This document shows, one piece after another, positions 42,776-46,599 of a DNA stretch of 46,599 nucleotides. A program made the position numbers and the translations under genes. The stretch comes from Thermodesulfovibrionales bacterium (GTDB lineage: Bacteria; Nitrospirota; Thermodesulfovibrionia; Thermodesulfovibrionales; SM23-35), in the NCBI GenBank assembly GCA_049700155.1, contig JBNAVX010000021.1, forward strand, positions 1 to 46,599. Direction: 5' to 3'. The notes under the pieces were generated by a model. It saw only the letters and a list, made by a program, of their open reading frames with translations. It had not been told where the DNA came from and ran no database searches. Position 1 is the first letter of the stretch, and every line of letters starts with the position of its first letter.

Positions 42776-43627
42776 ATGAAAATCGGAGTCCATACTTCTA
42801 TTTCAGGGGGATTACATCGAAGTTTAGAAAGGGCGAATTCCCTTGGATGTAATACAGTGCAGATATTTACTCATAATCCGCGAGCCTGGAATGTAAAAAA
42901 AATTACTGAAGAAGAGTCTTCACTATTCCGAACACTCAGAACTGATTTAAGTATCTCACCCATTTATATCCATGCCTCATATTTAATAAACTTAGCATCA
43001 GAAGATAGAATTTTACAGAAAAAATCTATCAATTTACTTATTAATGAAATGGAAAGGGCTGATACTATAGGAGCTGATTACGTGATTGTTCATCTGGGTA
43101 GTTCAGCTGATAATAATAAAGGTGCTTCAAGGAAAAGAATAATTTCAGCTCTTACTGAGATTTCTGAGAGCAGATTTTGGAAAGCAGGTCTTATTATAGA
43201 GAATACTGCCGGTGAAAAAGGAGATATATCCTCACAGATAGTAGATCTCTACGAGATTATCAATTGCGTTAAAGAAACTTTAATAAGGGGTATATGTATT
43301 GATACCTGTCATGTTTTCGCAGCAGGTTATGATATCAGGAATGATAAAGGGATTAAACGACTTTTTGAGGAAATAAAGTATTATATCGGGCTGGATAAAT
43401 TTAAAGTTATTCATCTCAATGATTCAAAAGGTGATTTAGGTTCTAAAATTGATAGACATGAACATATTGGTGCTGGGAGAATAGGGATTGCAGGGTTAAA
43501 AAAGTTTTTAAAACATTTCTATTTCACAAATGCACCTATAATACTCGAGACACCAAAGAAACAGGAGACTGATGATATAGAAAACCTCATTAAAGTCAGA
43601 AAGATGCTCTATAGCAATATCTCTTAA
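42776..43627 (+). CDS. nfo: Endonuclease IV (AP endonuclease, xylose-isomerase-like TIM barrel)
   Basis: IGVHTS, YIHASYLINL, VIVHLGS, IENTAG, CIDTCHVFAAGYD, HLNDSK, DRHEHIGAG. ATG 42776. Confidence 0.88.
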   Translation: MKIGVHTSISGGLHRSLERANSLGCNTVQIFTHNPRAWNVKKITEEESSLFRTLRTDLSISPIYIHASYLINLASEDRILQKKSINLLINEMERADTIGADYVIVHLGSSADNNKGASRKRIISALTEISESRFWKAGLIIENTAGEKGDISSQIVDLYEIINCVKETLIRGICIDTCHVFAAGYDIRNDKGIKRLFEEIKYYIGLDKFKVIHLNDSKGDLGSKIDRHEHIGAGRIGIAGLKKFLKHFYFTNAPIILETPKKQETDDIENLIKVRKMLYSNIS

Positions 43628-43769
43628 TAATATTTATAGGTTAATCGTTGAACAATCATTCTCAAAAATATCAATTTAAAGATTGTTCACTAAATCGCAT
43701 TTTTTGTTCTCAAATTTAATTTTTTTGTTGACAAATATAAAATTTTCTTGTATATGTTTATATAACAAA

Positions 43770-44315
43770 ATGTTGAAGAGTTTATTTTCATCGTCAATAA
43801 GAGCTGATGTCCTTTCTCTTCTTTTGAATAGCCCTGAAGAACAGTTCTATATCAGAGAAATTGCAGAACTCCTCAGAAAAAATCCATCAGGTGTTAAAAG
43901 AGAACTCGATAATCTTGAAAAGATGGGGATCGTCATAAGCGAAAAGGTAGCTAATCTAAAATACTTCCGTGCAAACAAAGAATCACCCTTATTCTCTGAG
44001 CTAAAAAATCTAATAACAAAGTCACTCGGTCTGCCAGGTGCACTAAAAGCTGTCCTTCGGGCGTCAGGTGCAAAAGTAGCTTTTTTATATGGACCCTATG
44101 CAGAAGGATTAGATGTTAATACAGTTAATCTTTTTGTGATTGGGGGTGCACAGACCTCTCTAACAAAAGAATTAAAAAATCTTGAAAAAAGGTTTGATCG
44201 AAAGATTAATTATACAATTATTGATGAGAATGAGTTTCAACTAAAGAAAAAAAGGGGTGATTCTAACCTTAAAAAACTTATGTCAGGTAAAAAGATCACC
44301 CTGATAGGAAGGTAG
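43770..44315 (+). CDS. Winged-helix (ArsR-like) regulator with a C-terminal nucleotidyltransferase-like domain
   Basis: ATG 43770 downstream of TTGACA-17-TATATG. wHTH pattern IREIAELLRKNPSGVKRELDNLEKMGIV. The 43683 extension is unlikely to be coding. Confidence 0.6.
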   Translation: MLKSLFSSSIRADVLSLLLNSPEEQFYIREIAELLRKNPSGVKRELDNLEKMGIVISEKVANLKYFRANKESPLFSELKNLITKSLGLPGALKAVLRASGAKVAFLYGPYAEGLDVNTVNLFVIGGAQTSLTKELKNLEKRFDRKINYTIIDENEFQLKKKRGDSNLKKLMSGKKITLIGR

Positions 44316-44381
44316 TGAGAACAGAGTGTCCTGCACCTCTTGTCGATTCAAAGGTGTGGGAGAGAAAGGGGGTGAACTTTA

Positions 44382-44447
44382 GTGGCAGTTAAAAAGGCAG
44401 CAGCTAAGAAGAAAGCAGCCAAGAAGAAGACCGCAAAAAAGAAATAG
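44382..44447 (+). CDS. Candidate 21-codon Lys/Ala-rich micro-ORF (VAVKKAAAKKKAAKKKTAKKK)
   Basis: GTG start 9 nt after aaggggg, followed by a strong terminator. No homology claimed. Confidence 0.3.
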   Translation: MAVKKAAAKKKAAKKKTAKKK

Positions 44448-44477
44448 TTTTACCCACAAGCTCAATCTCGATTTTCG

Positions 44478-44511
44478 GGCTGGAGAAGGAGTTCTCCAGC
44501 CTATTTTTTTT
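44478..44511. terminator. Rho-independent terminator (GGCTGGAGAA-GGAG-TTCTCCAGCC + T8), nested within a perfect 20-bp inverted repeat
   Basis: Stem and T-run read directly. Lies between convergent genes. The outer inverted repeat is 44421-44440 / 44506-44525. Confidence 0.8.
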
Positions 44512-44619
44512 GCGGTCTTCTTCTTAATTATAAAACTCTATTTGTATAAAAATTTCAAGAGAAAAGTTATAACTTATTGAAATTAAAGGAAATTTAATAA
44601 ACAAATGATTTAAATAGTG

Positions 44620-45507
44620 TTATGTATAAGCATATGAAGGTTGAGAGATGTCTGAGACTATCTCCCAACAATCTCGATGTAAAAGAAGTTTTTTCAGGAA
44701 TCTGTGATTTGTTGAATGTCCTGCCTTGCTGGCAAAGATGTGGCCATAGATTGGTAGACCTATTAATGAAAGGTCTCCGATGAGGTCAAGTATTTTATGA
44801 CGAACAAACTCATCTTTGAATCTGAGCCCTGAAGAATTTAATATGCCATCCCTTCCGAGAATTATAGCATTTTCAATTGAACCCCCTTTCGCATATCCAT
44901 TTGCTCTGAGGTATTCTACGTCTTTAAGAAAGCCGAATGTCCTCGCTGGAGCGATCTCCTTTATAAAGCTCTCTTCTGTAAGATCCAAACTCAGATTCTG
45001 TTCTCCAAGTAAATGGTGGTTAAAGTGGATTCTATATGTTACTCTTCTTCCATTATATGGAAAGACGGCAATCTCAGAATTTCCGTCAGAAAAGATTATC
45101 GGTCTTGTTATCCTTAAATAAGGTCTCTTCTTCCCCTGTTTTGCAATACCAGCCTGCAAAATGATTTTTGTAAGCTCTATTGAGCTTCCATCAAGTATAG
45201 GAATCTCTTGCCCTGTAACCTCTATTATGACATTGTCTATGCCAAGGCCTGACAAGGCAGCGAGAATATGTTCCACAGTCCTGATTTTTACTCCATTGTA
45301 TCCAATAGTGGTAGAAAAAGCAGTATCAATAACAGAATTAACAGATGCCTTTATTGATATTTTCTTATCACCGCCTCTGGTGGTCTTTGTAAATATGATC
45401 CCACTATCCCTCTGGGCAGGCTTGAGATATACCTTTGAATATTGACCTGTATGTAATCCTATACCTTCAAAACTGACTTCTTGTTTTATTGTCTTCTGTA
45501 AACGCAT
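44620..45507 (-). CDS. lpxC: UDP-3-O-acyl-N-acetylglucosamine deacetylase
   Basis: GIGLHTG, TVEHILAALSGLGIDN, EIPILDGS, ARTFGF, GGSIENAII, DEFVRHKILDLIGDL, GHSTN. Confidence 0.93.
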   Translation of the reverse strand: MRLQKTIKQEVSFEGIGLHTGQYSKVYLKPAQRDSGIIFTKTTRGGDKKISIKASVNSVIDTAFSTTIGYNGVKIRTVEHILAALSGLGIDNVIIEVTGQEIPILDGSSIELTKIILQAGIAKQGKKRPYLRITRPIIFSDGNSEIAVFPYNGRRVTYRIHFNHHLLGEQNLSLDLTEESFIKEIAPARTFGFLKDVEYLRANGYAKGGSIENAIILGRDGILNSSGLRFKDEFVRHKILDLIGDLSLIGLPIYGHIFASKAGHSTNHRFLKKLLLHRDCWEIVSDISQPSYAYT

Positions 45508-45699
45508 TATTATTTTAAAGTCATATTATATATTTAATTTATTCCAGAGAATTTTCTTAAGCAAATAAGATGCCAACAATACTTTTAATATCAATTAAAC
45601 TTAACCCTTTAAAAATGGCTTTTTATAGATATTTATTAAAATATTTTAGGGTAGAAGTGTTGTTTATTGAGCATAGACTGAGTAATATTTAACACAGAG

Positions 45700-46599
45700 C
45701 TATACCTCGCCTCCTACAACTATTTCAGGTATCCTTACTGTTGGCATAGCATCAGTAACAGGTACTCCTTGTGAATCCTTGCCACATGTCCCGATAGAAA
45801 AACCTAAATCTGAACCAACCATGTCAATAGATTTCAAGATCTCTGGACCATTTCCTGCTATAGTTGCACCTCTTACAGGGTCGTTAATCATTCCGTTTTT
45901 AATTAAGTATCCTTCCTGAACGTCAAATACAAAATCACCTGTAACTGTATTAACCTGTCCCCCACCCATTTTTTTGACAAATAATCCATAATCTAAAGAC
46001 CTTATTATCTCTTCAGGCTGAGTTCTACCAGGTGCAATATATGTATTGGTCATCCTTGGTATAGGTCTAAATTGATAGGATTGTCTTCTGCCATTGCCTG
46101 TTGAAAGTGTACCATCTTTCATTGCTGTTAATCTATCATACATATAATTTTTGAGAATGCCTTTTTCTACAAGAACAGTCTGCTGGGAAGACACGCCTTC
46201 ATCATCAAATCTGTATGAACCTCTCTTTTTTTGAAGAGTTGAGTCATCAATAACAGTTATAAGGGGTGAAGCAATTTGTTCTCCTAATTTTTTTGAATAT
46301 ACAGATAGGTTCTGCTGAACAAGGTCAGCCTCAAGACCATGGCCTATTGCCTCATGTATCATGGTGCCACCTGCTTCTGATGAAATAATCACAGGCATCC
46401 TTCCCCCTGGGGATTTTCTTGCTGTTAGCATCATTATAGCCCTTTTTGCAGCTTTCAGGCTTAACTCTTCAATATTAATCTCACCAAAAAGTTCAAATCC
46501 AATAAAACCACCTGCTGATTCATATCCTGTCTGAATAATCCCATTATCAGAAGCAACTACATGAATTAGTATCAACGTATGAATCCTTTCATCTTCAGC
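45700..46599 (-). CDS. tldD: TldD-family metalloprotease (partial; the N-terminus lies beyond the window end)
   Basis: HEAIGHGLEAD zinc motif, GNGRRQSY, PRMTNTYI, C-terminal VGGE. The frame stays open to the window edge. Confidence 0.85.
   Translation of the reverse strand, partial: AEDERIHTLILIHVVASDNGIIQTGYESAGGFIGFELFGEINIEELSLKAAKRAIMMLTARKSPGGRMPVIISSEAGGTMIHEAIGHGLEADLVQQNLSVYSKKLGEQIASPLITVIDDSTLQKKRGSYRFDDEGVSSQQTVLVEKGILKNYMYDRLTAMKDGTLSTGNGRRQSYQFRPIPRMTNTYIAPGRTQPEEIIRSLDYGLFVKKMGGGQVNTVTGDFVFDVQEGYLIKNGMINDPVRGATIAGNGPEILKSIDMVGSDLGFSIGTCGKDSQGVPVTDAMPTVRIPEIVVGGEV

Noticed and set aside
1-46599. CRISPR arrays, tRNA/rRNA genes, transposases, integrases, phage or known defence-system genes
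   Set aside because: None found. All tandem repeats have 7-11-nt units without spacers, no ORF shows DDE, tyrosine-recombinase or serine-recombinase motifs, and no cloverleaf-like or rRNA-like segments were recognised by eye.

Overview
AT-rich bacterial chromosomal segment; the gene content suggests an anaerobe, and a Nitrospirota/Thermodesulfovibrio-like origin is only a guess. All homology calls come from motifs I recognise by eye, since no database search was possible. Housekeeping genes sit at both ends: a UvrD-like helicase and a radical SAM enzyme on the left; class II RNR nrdJ, argJ-argC, rpsI-rplM, nfo, lpxC and tldD on the right. A 7-gene Bacteroidetes/Chlamydia-type V-ATPase operon (E-DUF2764-A-B-D-I-K) has a c-subunit with a Na+-binding signature and is preceded by an LCIB-like beta-carbonic-anhydrase-fold gene. 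The middle is a dense signalling/stress island built from recurring paralogous modules. These include three tandem-USP proteins plus one USP-like protein, two stand-alone CBS-pair proteins, two TSUP (TauE/SafE) permeases each with a small membrane partner, a DASS-type anion permease and three histidine kinases. It also holds a sigma54 enhancer-binding response regulator, a lone REC protein, a PilZ protein, and two PEP-utilizer-family proteins with an unrecognised C-terminal domain, one of them degenerate. The most unusual locus is 28.4-36.9 kb. There an HK/sigma54-RR operon lies divergent to an unannotated 59-aa ORF and a Lon protease that lacks its N-domain and has a REC domain inserted into the AAA+ module. 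This is followed by a USP-like/TSUP/USP operon whose first protein shares the small ORF's N-terminal motif. The window also holds gene relics (HDOD, histidine kinase, four-helix-bundle protein), MITE-like palindromic elements, a two-copy structured repeat, and TGAC-type heptamer/octamer microrepeats, one array inside nrdJ. No rRNA, tRNA, CRISPR array, transposase or prophage gene was recognised.
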